A DNA stretch of 64,000 nt, from the IMG/VR virus record IMGVR_UViG_3300024999_000041, positions 64,001-128,000 of that record. The stretch is one strand, 5' to 3'. The position numbers and the translations under genes are program-made. The notes beneath the pieces were generated by a model, which worked only from the letters and a program-made list of their open reading frames with translations, searched no databases and was not told the origin of the DNA. Of the stretch, positions 38,043 through 47,404 are shown one piece after another (within the stretch, counting starts at the first letter, position 1; each line of letters starts with the position of its first letter). Source of the stretch: a virus.

Positions 38043-40207
38043 TATGCTATATCCCCATAATCTATATGATGATTAAGTAATTCGTTGTCTGATTTTAATT
38101 TTCTAGTTGATTTATCTTTAGCTGGCTGAGGAATAGGTATCATCTGAGCTTTATTATCCGCTATATTTCCTACTGTCTGAGATATGGATTTTTGTTCTGG
38201 CATAGTAGCTACTTCGTTACCTATGTTTGAAAACTCGGCAGGATTTTTCACCCATTTATTTTGACCCCCTACATCGTAAGTTAATACGTCAGATGCGTTT
38301 AAGCTCTTCATCTCTCCTGTAGTTTTATTGGAGGCTAAAACTTTATAATTACCATCTTTATCCTGAGTTATGTTCTTAATATTGTATTTATTTTTAAAGT
38401 TATCGTAGTTAGTTGTATCTACTGCCTGTCCTTTATTAGATAATGCTAATTTTGTAGTATCCACGTTACTGGCATCCATCATAAATTTTTGTCTTTGCTC
38501 CCAAATAGACGGACTAGCAGAGGATAATTTATCCCCCAATGAACTAACAGTACTTTTATTCTTTTGATAGGCTGGAATTACCTTTGTGGGGTCTATAGCT
38601 TTTCCAGAAGTATCCCTTACTTTATAATGTAGAACAGATTGACCCTTTCCTACTCCCACAACTCTACCAGTAGTCCCAGTCTCTCCTACAACCCCTCCAG
38701 TAGGTACTATGTCTCCGAGTTTAACATTCTGTTTACTTAAGTGAGAAAAAGATTCAGTAGTTCCTTTGGGATTTTTAACAAAGACATAGTTACCTGAAAG
38801 TTTATCGCTTCCTATTTTTGTAACTTTCCCGCCCCCCAAAGATGATTTAACTGGACTTCCATAAGGCTGTGCTAAATCTAGGGCACCATGTATTCCATAG
38901 TCTCTAGGCGAACTAAAAGTATCTGTTATTTTTCCTTTAGTGGGTAATAGCCCTTTTAACCCCTTAAGAATTCCAGCACCCACTCCAGTATACTCACTTT
39001 GTACTTGAGCTGGGGTTTTGCCCTGTCTTTTAGCCATGGCATCTATTCCCTTACCAGCAGTATTAGTAGCATTACTTAGAGCTATTCCTCCTCCCACCAC
39101 TAGAGCTCCTCCCGCTAAATAAGGAAGTAATGGAGCCAATGCTCCAGCAGCAGCGGTTAATTTAGGTAAATCTGTAGCTGGATTAAAATTCTTTACCATA
39201 TCCCCAACACCTTTACCCATCATTTCAGCAGAGGAGAAAACAGCGGGACTAGCTCCTCTTAACATTGGATTTTCAGCCATGCCTAAAGCAGCGGTTTTCC
39301 CTGTCATTACTACTGCAAAATCTGCTAAATCAGCAGTAGTCTTTTTAAGCTCTCTAGCTAAATGTGATACTGCTCCCCCTTCATCTTTGCCTTTTCCTCC
39401 CTTGCCTCCAGTTTCCCCCTGTTCTTCCAGATAACCTTCTATCTTATCATTACTTCTTTGATTATCGGTTAATAGTCTAACTACCTCTTCTAAAGATACG
39501 TTAGCTTCTTTCAAATCAGTATCTAATTTCTTATAAGGGGCAAAGGTAGCAGTTTTAAATTCCTTCTCGTTTTCTGCATAATATTCTAAATTTTTATCTA
39601 GCTCCATTAAAATATTTACAATCTTCTCATCATTAACTTTACCCGTCTTTAAAGTACTATCTAACAATCCTTTGAGTTCTTTGCTCAAAGCTAAATCCTC
39701 ATCAGAATAATCTCTGAGAAAACTAAACAGGTCTAATTTAAAATCATTACTAATCTTCTCATCTTTAACCATCTTCTTAAAATTAGTCAAGATATCTTTT
39801 ATAGGCACTCCTATCTGTTCTTGACTATCCGACAAAGCATCTTTCATAGTCTGTACAAATTTAGCTAGTTCTTTTTTCTCTTCTAACTGTAATCTCTGTC
39901 CAGATACATATCTATCCATAGTTTTTTTAAAGTTACCGTCTATCTTAGTCATGAGGTCTATTAACTTTAAAAATCCCTTATCGTCATTAAGACTCTCTTC
40001 TCTTCCCTTTTTACTAGAAACTTTATCTTTATTGTAAGAATTCTCCAATAATTTATAATAGAGAACCATTTGTTTTATAAGTTTGTCTAATTTATCATTA
40101 GTGGCTTTCTCCCTTTGTTCCATGCCAGAAAACATCTTCGACATTGAAGATGTTAAATCCAAAAATGGATTATTCTTTATTGGTTCTTTTGGTTCGTTTA
40201 AAGCCAT
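38042..40207 (-). CDS. Tape measure-like protein with M23 peptidase domain (start revised to 40207)
   Basis: Helical N-terminus, Ala/Gly-rich hydrophobic segment, HGALD..GNYV...SHL...V..G...GTTG...LHY...IDP. Confidence 0.75.
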   Translation of the reverse strand: MALNEPKEPIKNNPFLDLTSSMSKMFSGMEQREKATNDKLDKLIKQMVLYYKLLENSYNKDKVSSKKGREESLNDDKGFLKLIDLMTKIDGNFKKTMDRYVSGQRLQLEEKKELAKFVQTMKDALSDSQEQIGVPIKDILTNFKKMVKDEKISNDFKLDLFSFLRDYSDEDLALSKELKGLLDSTLKTGKVNDEKIVNILMELDKNLEYYAENEKEFKTATFAPYKKLDTDLKEANVSLEEVVRLLTDNQRSNDKIEGYLEEQGETGGKGGKGKDEGGAVSHLARELKKTTADLADFAVVMTGKTAALGMAENPMLRGASPAVFSSAEMMGKGVGDMVKNFNPATDLPKLTAAAGALAPLLPYLAGGALVVGGGIALSNATNTAGKGIDAMAKRQGKTPAQVQSEYTGVGAGILKGLKGLLPTKGKITDTFSSPRDYGIHGALDLAQPYGSPVKSSLGGGKVTKIGSDKLSGNYVFVKNPKGTTESFSHLSKQNVKLGDIVPTGGVVGETGTTGRVVGVGKGQSVLHYKVRDTSGKAIDPTKVIPAYQKNKSTVSSLGDKLSSASPSIWEQRQKFMMDASNVDTTKLALSNKGQAVDTTNYDNFKNKYNIKNITQDKDGNYKVLASNKTTGEMKSLNASDVLTYDVGGQNKWVKNPAEFSNIGNEVATMPEQKSISQTVGNIADNKAQMIPIPQPAKDKSTRKLKSDNELLNHHIDYGDIA

Positions 40208-40212
40208 GATTC

Positions 40213-40338
40213 CTATTTCTTTTTCTCTTTTATTAAGGATTCCCACATATATAATATTTCTGAATAAGGTATATCCATAATATTTACAATATCTGCTACT
40301 TCATTTCTAGCCAAATGATATTTCATTTCTAATATCAT
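40213..40338 (-). CDS. Unlisted 41-aa ORF, gp51/gpT-like chaperone partner (or +1 frameshift extension of the upstream gene)
   Basis: Manual translation MILEMKYHLARNEVADIVNIMDIPYSEILYMWESLIKEKKK; fills the gap before the tape measure gene. Confidence 0.55.
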   Translation of the reverse strand: MILEMKYHLARNEVADIVNIMDIPYSEILYMWESLIKEKKK

Positions 40339-41032
40339 ATTCCTGTCCACGAAAGGGTCTGGTTATTTCTGCCTCCGCATAATTCGCAGGATTAACAAGA
40401 TATTCAAAATGACAATCAGAACATTTGAATGGTATCTTAGATAATCCATGATAAAGTAATTTATTGATATATTCTACTTTTTCTACATCATCTCCTACTA
40501 GGCTATATATTAAGTTATAGGCTTCTCCCGAAGGTAAGTTATCCACGTGTTTAGCAAAAACATATATGACATCTCTTATTTTATCTAACTTTAATATCTC
40601 CAAGTAATCCCTAATAGTTAAAAATTTAAAAGAAACTTCTGTTTCTTTAATTCTAATTCTTATAGGCATCTTAGGAATCTCAGTATCCTCAAAATCCATA
40701 TCTTTTAATTCTAGGGTTCTCGAGTTTTTTAAATCACAGTTAGGACAGAAAGCTTGCATTTGAAACAAAGGAGTTCCAAGACTTGCTATCTTTCTTAACC
40801 ATCCAATATAAACAACATCATAGAAAGTTAATTCATATTTATCCATTCCAGTAGCCCTTACACCCTGTAAAAGATATTCATATAATTGTACAGCATCCAT
40901 ATTAGAGTTATTTATCTTTTGTAAATCTCCCAATGTATAAGGATTATAATAAATCCTAGTAGCTTCTGGGTAAGATAGTTTTTTAGAAGGTAGATTCTTA
41001 ATCTCCACTTCTGGTAAAAATTTGTTTTCCAT
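40307..41032 (-). CDS. Baseplate hub/tail assembly chaperone (T4 gp26-like)
   Basis: LPS...Y, LT..D......RK.ASLG, CPNC and CSDC zinc pairs; precedes the tape measure gene. Confidence 0.75.
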   Translation of the reverse strand: MENKFLPEVEIKNLPSKKLSYPEATRIYYNPYTLGDLQKINNSNMDAVQLYEYLLQGVRATGMDKYELTFYDVVYIGWLRKIASLGTPLFQMQAFCPNCDLKNSRTLELKDMDFEDTEIPKMPIRIRIKETEVSFKFLTIRDYLEILKLDKIRDVIYVFAKHVDNLPSGEAYNLIYSLVGDDVEKVEYINKLLYHGLSKIPFKCSDCHFEYLVNPANYAEAEITRPFRGQEYDIRNEISFG

Positions 41033-41048
41033 CCAACAACCTCTCCTG

Positions 41049-41717
41049 TTATCCTAAATAATCAATTACTAAAAAATTAACTGTTAATTCTCTAGCAGAG
41101 GAATCCCGAGAGGACATTTCTACTTTAACATCCCCCCTAGGAATTACTTTATATTTAGTTTCTAATACGATATTTCTCTCAAAATTTAATTTATACACAG
41201 ATAAATCTCGATAGGAATCTTCTAAATAGTTACAAGTAACTCCATCATGCACCTCTAAAAACCAAGCACGTAATGATTTTTCTATTATACATTCTTCTGT
41301 ATCATATATTGTCATACTTATTTCTGGTATACCTTTTTGAGAAGGTATCCTGAAATTATTATAGTTTGGTAATGCTATATCTTGGGTAACTATCTCTGGT
41401 AAGTTTTCTGTAACGGTACTAGCGGGAATGATGTAATTATCCAAAGGACTATTTATACCCCCCTGAAGTCTTACCATGAATAGATATTTAGCTCCCCAAG
41501 TAATATCGAAAACGGTGGATAAATCGTCCCTCGAAGAATTATTAACAACTCCAGAAGAAAGAAGTCTTTGAATATCGCCTACCTTATCTGACAATGCTCC
41601 TAGAGAGGATATCTTACCTAAGCTATCCTTAGCATTTTGAATTCCTTCTTTAGCTACAGAATCCGCTGTCTGAGATATCGCTCCAGTTAATAATTTAGGA
41701 GTGTATTTATCAACCAT
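41049..41717 (-). CDS. Tail tube-like baseplate protein (gp54-like)
   Basis: Tube-fold pattern: IPA..V...P.......P......IS.T.YD......L..W...Y...L.V..L. Confidence 0.6.
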   Translation of the reverse strand: MVDKYTPKLLTGAISQTADSVAKEGIQNAKDSLGKISSLGALSDKVGDIQRLLSSGVVNNSSRDDLSTVFDITWGAKYLFMVRLQGGINSPLDNYIIPASTVTENLPEIVTQDIALPNYNNFRIPSQKGIPEISMTIYDTEECIIEKSLRAWFLEVHDGVTCNYLEDSYRDLSVYKLNFERNIVLETKYKVIPRGDVKVEMSSRDSSARELTVNFLVIDYLG

Positions 41718-41742
41718 AATTAAATCCTACCTCATTCCTATT

Positions 41743-41753
41743 TATAATATAAA
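41743..41753 (-). promoter_or_regulatory. Putative late promoter TTTATATTATA
   Basis: Exact motif copy. Confidence 0.6.
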
Positions 41754-41778
41754 TTATCTTGAGGTAGTATTTTTAAAT

Positions 41779-42153
41779 TTAAACTCGGTAGATAGCTAAG
41801 ATACGTTCTATTGATGGGTCGCTTTTAGCTAAAGCACTCGCTTCATTAACACAAGTAGCGTAAACAAATTTCTTAGATTGAGCAAAACCTTTAATAGTAC
41901 AGTCTATTCTATATTGATAATAGTTACTCCCATAAATATTATTGCTAACAGTTTCTTCTTTCGTTTCCTTGGAACAAGAAATTGCTGGAGGAGTATTAAA
42001 CATAACCCAAACTACAAAAGCTATGAAAGCTACTACTAAAATAACAACTGGATTAATCATCATAGCTATTAAAGAACCCATAACTAGGATACCTATCAAG
42101 ATATTAGAAACAAAATTGTCTTCCTTGGTTTGGTATCTTTCTATATCTAACAT
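41779..42153 (-). CDS. Membrane protein (two TM segments), moron-like
   Basis: Hydrophobic aa ~14-53; own sigma70 promoter inside the tail operon. Confidence 0.7.
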   Translation of the reverse strand: MLDIERYQTKEDNFVSNILIGILVMGSLIAMMINPVVILVVAFIAFVVWVMFNTPPAISCSKETKEETVSNNIYGSNYYQYRIDCTIKGFAQSKKFVYATCVNEASALAKSDPSIERILAIYRV

Positions 42154-42185
42154 AATTCAGTCCTCTATCTTAACCTTATATAATT

Positions 42186-42214
42186 AGTATAATATAAAAG
42201 AGGGTTGTTGTCAA
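42186..42214 (-). promoter_or_regulatory. sigma70-type promoter overlapping a TTTATATTATA motif and a terminator
   Basis: TTGACA-17 nt-TATACT; TTTATATTATA at 42188-42198. Confidence 0.65.
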
Positions 42215-42222
42215 CCCTCTTT
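42197..42222 (-). terminator. Terminator after the tail tube gene
   Basis: AAAGAGGGTTG-4 nt-CAACCCTCTTT. Confidence 0.75.
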
Positions 42223-42249
42223 AAGCGTATTATGAACTTTTGTAACGTA

Positions 42250-42786
42250 TTATACCTTTTGTCCATCTGCCAAGAAATAATCGAATCTCAAAGTTATTTC
42301 TGGGTTTATTGTAGCATTAGAATCTCCCGCAGGGCTTCCTATGGTATGAGACTGCATCCAGCAATTTTTAAGAGTATACTCTTAAAAATTGCCATTTTCA
42401 CTGGCTAGAGGTCTTAATACTATAGTAGGACAAATATACTCAGGTTTTCTTTTTTGGGTACCTGCCCCTGGTTTCCAAAGTAACTCTCCCCAGTCTCTGA
42501 TAAATCTTTCAATGATACCATTATCACTTTCAACAAATGTTAAAGTGATGGGGTCATACGTCCTTAATCCTGCTTGGTATACTTTGTGTCCATGAATACC
42601 AACCTCTATTTCTTCATTAGAAAATTTAGGGTATTCTGAAGAAAGAGCACGAGCGTTCAAAGAATCGCTGTTGTAATTTCCAGCATTAGCTATAGCCGAT
42701 GGAAGGGTAGGTATAATAACTTCCCATCTATACAGAACAGCAAAATCCTGATTGTTGATGATTTGAATTATGTCTGGTCTAGTCAT
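42250..42786 (-). CDS. Tail tube protein (T4 gp19-like), interrupted by an in-frame TAA at 42382-42384
   Basis: RWEV..P, P...EEIEV...G......G..TY..ITLTF.E; the frame continues after TAA with EYTLKNCW...ITLRFDYF to a stop at 42250. Confidence 0.85.
42361..42392. repeat. Perfect 32-bp palindrome spanning the premature stop
   Basis: GCAATTTTTAAGAGTA|TACTCTTAAAAATTGC. Confidence 0.95.
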
Positions 42787-42806
42787 CTAAAAGACTCCTA
42801 TCTATA

Positions 42807-44864
42807 TTATCCTAGTAAGTTCTGAGCTAAATTTAAGTCAAATCCAGTTCTTGTGATAACCACTGACAGTGTAATAAATTCTGCTGTTTTAGTTGGTTGC
42901 ACAAATAACCAGACGTTCATTATGTTATTGTCTATATCGGCTGGAGTATTGTTTGTTTCATCACAAACAACTTTATAATCATAGACACCTTTTCTGGATT
43001 TTATGTTATCCATATAAGATTCCATACCTGTTCTTATTAATAATCTTGTGAAGTCGTCATTAAATTCAAACAGATAATCTTCTAAGAAAGCTGCTAAAGC
43101 TGGTTCTATGGTTATTAAAAGTAATCTCACGTTCAATCTATCTAGTGCTGAAGGTCTAGCAGATAATGTTTTTTGACCCCAGATAGCTATCCCTTTTCCC
43201 ACAGAAAATTTAATAGGGTTAATTCCTGAATCATAGAGTAAATCCAATTCCCCTTCAGTAAATCTTCTTTTGGTGTCAAGTACATTAATCATACCTCTTT
43301 TGAAACCTGCTGGAGCGAACCATATTTCGTAATTTGAAGAGGTATCTGATATAGCTGCTGCTGCGTATCCGTCAGGTGCCACGAATATATCTCTATCATT
43401 AAACCTGTCTCTAATTTTAACGTGGGGTGAGTATAGAGCAGAGTATGAAGAATTCAGGTTAAGAGTGGTTTTTCTATAAGTAACTATGTCCGTCATATAG
43501 TTACTTGAATCTTCAGTATAATATGGAGTAGACAATATACCAACACAGTCTTTTCTGCTTTGGCACAAACTATCTATAGCTTGTTGATATGCTACGGTAG
43601 CCCATCCTCCGTCCATTATTACTGTTAAAGGTATCTCTGCTTTGTTATTCAATGTATTAAGAGCACTAATCATATTAGTATCAGTTACTGATAATCCGTC
43701 TAATGCTCCAGTTAATGTCAAGAAGGTAGTTTGTTCTTTTATAGTCTCAGTACTGACAAGAGAAGTATTATCTATTGCCCTAATATAACTAGAACCTAAT
43801 AGAACATCTTCTATGTAGATGTTTTTACCATATCCATCTTTAGCATTTACATCTCTCGAACATGTAAATACCTCTAAAGTTTCTCCAGTAGATTGTTTAT
43901 ACACTTGAATCTGAAACGCATCTGGTTCTTTTACAACGTCTGGACTATTAGCATAAGTAAATAATTTTATCTCAATATCATTAGCCCAAGAACCTTGATT
44001 AGCTCCTGTTATAAGGAATAAGTCATCTGATTGAAATTCATAAGTTTGTGGATTTACTAAACTGTTTCTAAAAATGGTACCGTCTACTACGTTACTAGCT
44101 AATGTTTCGGATACTACAACTTCTGTATCTCCTGCTACTAAAGTAGCACTTACTACTGTATAAACTCCATCATTTCCCGTAGAGCCTTGAACTCCTATTT
44201 TATCTCCAACATGACAAAAAGATGTTAAATCTGTAGCCATTGTGAATTTTTTGTTAGGTTGGTCTACTGCTGTAATAGCTCCTATCTCAACATCAGTTAA
44301 TTGGATGTTGGTATTAATAGTAGATACCTCTTTGTATATGCTACCGTCTGCTGTAGCATCGGGAACAACTTCGGATACTACAACTTCTGTATCTCCTGCT
44401 ACTAAAGTAGCACTTACTACTGTATAAACTCCGTCATTTCCAGTAGAGCCTTGAACATTTATAGAAGTAACTCCTGTAAAGGAAGCTGTTAAATCTCCAG
44501 TTAATGTGAATTTTTTGTTAGGTTGGTCTACTGCTGTGATAGCTCCTATTAGAGTATTAACTAATATAGGAGTTTTTCTCACAACTAAACCACCGTATGT
44601 GGAACCATTATCGGCTCTTACAACCCATAATCTATTAGCTTTTGATAAATAGGCTAAGGCAGAATAAAAAGCCATATTATATCCCACTTCTACTCTTTGA
44701 TTAGGAGTAAAATAGTTTAATAAGTCTGTATCCGAAGTTACAAATATAGGCTTATTAATATCACCTTTTGGTGCTGGGATAGCTATAGCTGCATAAGTTC
44801 CTAAGGAACTTGGAACTCTTGTAGAGATATCAATCTCTTTTACATTTATGCGAGGTGCTGTCAT
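42807..44864 (-). CDS. Tail sheath protein (T4 gp18-like)
   Basis: PRINVKEID, VVR, GSWANDI, WFAPAG..RG, GINPI, IWGQKT, LDRLNVRLL, FEFND, VVCDETNNTP, PTKTAEFI. Confidence 0.95.
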   Translation of the reverse strand: MTAPRINVKEIDISTRVPSSLGTYAAIAIPAPKGDINKPIFVTSDTDLLNYFTPNQRVEVGYNMAFYSALAYLSKANRLWVVRADNGSTYGGLVVRKTPILVNTLIGAITAVDQPNKKFTLTGDLTASFTGVTSINVQGSTGNDGVYTVVSATLVAGDTEVVVSEVVPDATADGSIYKEVSTINTNIQLTDVEIGAITAVDQPNKKFTMATDLTSFCHVGDKIGVQGSTGNDGVYTVVSATLVAGDTEVVVSETLASNVVDGTIFRNSLVNPQTYEFQSDDLFLITGANQGSWANDIEIKLFTYANSPDVVKEPDAFQIQVYKQSTGETLEVFTCSRDVNAKDGYGKNIYIEDVLLGSSYIRAIDNTSLVSTETIKEQTTFLTLTGALDGLSVTDTNMISALNTLNNKAEIPLTVIMDGGWATVAYQQAIDSLCQSRKDCVGILSTPYYTEDSSNYMTDIVTYRKTTLNLNSSYSALYSPHVKIRDRFNDRDIFVAPDGYAAAAISDTSSNYEIWFAPAGFKRGMINVLDTKRRFTEGELDLLYDSGINPIKFSVGKGIAIWGQKTLSARPSALDRLNVRLLLITIEPALAAFLEDYLFEFNDDFTRLLIRTGMESYMDNIKSRKGVYDYKVVCDETNNTPADIDNNIMNVWLFVQPTKTAEFITLSVVITRTGFDLNLAQNLLG
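44080..44549 (-). repeat. Tandem duplicated 88-aa (264-bp) domain within the sheath
   Basis: IGAITAVDQPNKKFT...QGSTGNDGVYTVVSATLVAGDTEVVVSE twice, with long identical DNA stretches. Confidence 0.9.
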
Positions 44865-44885
44865 TATTAATTCTCCCGTATCAAA

Positions 44886-45047
44886 TTATATTAATTTTTG
44901 TATTTTTAACAGAGGATTAAGTGCTCCTTCTATATCGGAGATTTTCTCAACAAAGAAACTTTCCCTAGGAGATACTACTTTAGATTCTCCTTTAAGAACT
45001 ATATTTATAGGGTAATCTGCTCTGGAAACGATTTTTGCTTCAAACAT
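44886..45047 (-). CDS. Small virion-associated hypothetical protein (start revised to MFEAK)
   Basis: AGGAG RBS before ATG 45047; the late motif lies just upstream. Confidence 0.55.
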   Translation of the reverse strand: MFEAKIVSRADYPINIVLKGESKVVSPRESFFVEKISDIEGALNPLLKIQKLI

Positions 45048-45083
45048 TTTATTATAACTCCTAATTAATACTTCAATCCTATT

Positions 45084-45094
45084 TATAATATAAA
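45084..45094 (-). promoter_or_regulatory. Putative late promoter TTTATATTATA (sheath/tube operon)
   Basis: Exact motif copy. Confidence 0.6.
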
Positions 45095-45097
45095 CTA

Positions 45098-46030
45098 TCA
45101 ACCATCTATATTTATTTCCTCGTATGGTTGGTTCATAATTAAATTTCCCATATCTGGAACATTTTTTATCTTTAAAGATATATGTTTTATTAGCTTAGAA
45201 CTTGCAATTCCAGAAGGACCCCCTGAAGCATTTTCTTTTTTTATGACGGGATACTCTAAATTAAACGAATTAACTAAAAAGCATATTTCCCCTCTTGATT
45301 GGTCGTTATAGTTTTCAAATTGGTTAGATTCAATATCTTTTAAAAATATTGTAGCTGGAACTTCCATTATCGTATTTTGTTTAATCATGATTCCATCAGC
45401 TATAGCAGAATTTATAGATTCTTGAACTATTATTTCTGTGGTTCCCGCTACTATGATTGAACTTACTACGGTATAAGAACCGTTATTACCAGTAGAGTTT
45501 ATAAGTAACAGAGAGTTTAGAGGTTCTAAAGTAAATTCTGCATTCAAAGTAAATTTTTTAAGTCCTTGGTCTACTCCAATTACAGTATCCAAATCCAAAT
45601 AATCTGTTGGAACTTGATAAGTAGTCTGATAATGTTTGGTTCTGTCGTAAGCCATTAAAAAATATTCTTCAAACTCCATTAAATAGGTAGGGTCGTTAGA
45701 TACCCAACAAATATTAGTTTGAGCTTGCACATTCTTAACAGTATATAAATCTGCCGATAATGCTCCTACGTTTCTATGAGATGCTTTAAATTGTCTTGGT
45801 TGTGTGGGAACAGCATTTAAAACTCCTCTATTATACATAGCAAAAATAAAAGGTTCCCCCCTATCCTCATAAACAAATTGAGATAATCTTTTGTATACCT
45901 TGTCTTCAAAGCTAAAATTAATATTATAAAAATAATGCTTGTTCCCTATATCTGGAAACTCTAAAAAATTAAAGCCAGAATTAACTTTCATATCTATAAA
46001 GAATCTTTGTACTGCAAACTGATAAAACAT
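45098..46030 (-). CDS. Putative tail terminator/sheath stabiliser (gp15-like position) with inserted domain
   Basis: Synteny before the sheath gene; contains a copy of the sheath repeat domain. Confidence 0.5.
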   Translation of the reverse strand: MFYQFAVQRFFIDMKVNSGFNFLEFPDIGNKHYFYNINFSFEDKVYKRLSQFVYEDRGEPFIFAMYNRGVLNAVPTQPRQFKASHRNVGALSADLYTVKNVQAQTNICWVSNDPTYLMEFEEYFLMAYDRTKHYQTTYQVPTDYLDLDTVIGVDQGLKKFTLNAEFTLEPLNSLLLINSTGNNGSYTVVSSIIVAGTTEIIVQESINSAIADGIMIKQNTIMEVPATIFLKDIESNQFENYNDQSRGEICFLVNSFNLEYPVIKKENASGGPSGIASSKLIKHISLKIKNVPDMGNLIMNQPYEEINIDG

Positions 46031-46040
46031 ATTCTTTCCT

Positions 46041-46502
46041 TTAAGTAAGTGGACGTAAGTATTGTTTAATCATAATAGTGCTGTGGTCTCCAGTAACAAC
46101 TCCATTAGCATCTGTAGCTAAGGCACCAGTAACCACTTTATCTATTTCTGTTTGGAAAGACATCTTAGCCCCTCCTAAGAAAGCATCTATCCTAGCTCTT
46201 GGGGGTATCCTTTTCTGTTCATGAGTTATTATGTAAGGTCTTTCGTCTCCAAAGAAGCTTTCAAACTGAGTTAAATTTCCTCTCATAGCATCTGGTTTTA
46301 TAAAATTAACTATAAGGATTTTTCTATTCGTTTCATCTGGAATAGCCTTATATCTTACTTTTCCAAAATCATCAAACATATCATCCAACTTATCTGGTAA
46401 GTATACACTACAAGGGAGTCCAAACAAATCTTCGTATATGTCTAAAATATCTGGTGTTAAATCCGTAAAAATCTGCAATAAATCTGTAAGAATTGACGAC
46501 AT
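46041..46502 (-). CDS. Putative head closure/neck protein (gp14-like position)
   Basis: D.Y..LFG.PC.VY.P N-terminus; synteny. Confidence 0.45.
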   Translation of the reverse strand: MSSILTDLLQIFTDLTPDILDIYEDLFGLPCSVYLPDKLDDMFDDFGKVRYKAIPDETNRKILIVNFIKPDAMRGNLTQFESFFGDERPYIITHEQKRIPPRARIDAFLGGAKMSFQTEIDKVVTGALATDANGVVTGDHSTIMIKQYLRPLT

Positions 46503-46524
46503 CTAATAATCCTCTCAATCTAAA

Positions 46525-46585
46525 TATAATATAAAACAAAAATGGGACAGACCTCTCGGTTGTCCCTTAGTAATTATAATATAAA
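46525..46585 (-). promoter_or_regulatory. Two TTTATATTATA motifs (46525-46535, 46575-46585) flanking a terminator hairpin (46538-46566)
   Basis: Exact motif copies; GGGACA..ACC/GGT.TGTCCC hairpin with T-run. Confidence 0.6.
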
Positions 46586-46586
46586 A

Positions 46587-47165
46587 TTATCTTTCGTTTA
46601 TGAGATTATCTAAATGTTTACTAAAATAGAAGAGAACTTCTCTTTTATCAGACTCTGTAGCGTGGTGGTATTTCTGTATCTCTTTCCATACCTCTTCTTT
46701 GCTCAAATCCTTCCATCTATTTTTTATGTTGTTCTCTATCCGTTCTATAGTTCCAGTATAACCTGTTTTATGATTTCCTCCTCCAAAGTCTCCTACCCCT
46801 TCATGTTTCTTTTTCTTTTTAGTCGATTTCATTTTCTTAGAGGCACCAGCACCCGATAAGTTATAATTCTGACCTCTGGCATCTACTACGCTCAAAGGAA
46901 GTTTAGGAAGTGCTCCTAAGTCAGCTACCGTTCCGTCCTCTTGTATTTTTGCTCTTCCTACATTTATAGCTTGTATTAAATGTTCTTTTACCTGTTTAGC
47001 TCTTTCTACTACATCGTCGGATGCTCCGTAGGACATTCCTTCGTCTTTTATTATGCTGTCTAAGGTCTCGAGAGAATTGTGTATATCGTCAAGAGTACTT
47101 TGTAGAGTATCTTCATATATATCATAGTTTTCGTTTATTACTTTTTTTATTCTCTTGAAAGACAT
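46587..47165 (-). CDS. Putative internal head protein (start revised to MSFKRIKKVINE)
   Basis: Shared N-terminal targeting-like motif. Confidence 0.55.
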   Translation of the reverse strand: MSFKRIKKVINENYDIYEDTLQSTLDDIHNSLETLDSIIKDEGMSYGASDDVVERAKQVKEHLIQAINVGRAKIQEDGTVADLGALPKLPLSVVDARGQNYNLSGAGASKKMKSTKKKKKHEGVGDFGGGNHKTGYTGTIERIENNIKNRWKDLSKEEVWKEIQKYHHATESDKREVLFYFSKHLDNLINER

Positions 47166-47170
47166 TTTTA

Positions 47171-47404
47171 TTACCATCCATCTTCTTCGTTATCGTAATC
47201 ATCGTAACTGTCTTCTTCTGACTGTTCAAAATGGATACATCCAAAGTTCATACCAACCATGTGGTTTCCTTCTTCTACATACACTCCAGCACCATCTATG
47301 TTTAGTTCATTATGTTCATTGACATCTTCGCTAGTACATTCACCCATCAGTCTGGAAGATTCATTCTCTTTATAAAATTTACACTCGTGGCAATACCCAG
47401 TCAT
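47171..47404 (-). CDS. Small Cys-rich acidic protein
   Basis: CHECKFY..GEC...FGCIHFE. Confidence 0.6.
   Translation of the reverse strand: MTGYCHECKFYKENESSRLMGECTSEDVNEHNELNIDGAGVYVEEGNHMVGMNFGCIHFEQSEEDSYDDYDNEEDGW

Noticed and set aside
9671-42384. Genome-wide stop-codon reassignment (suggested by the tube TAA and the SbcC TAG-ATG junction)
   Set aside because: TAA, TAG and TGA all end full-length genes normally and coding density is already high under the standard code
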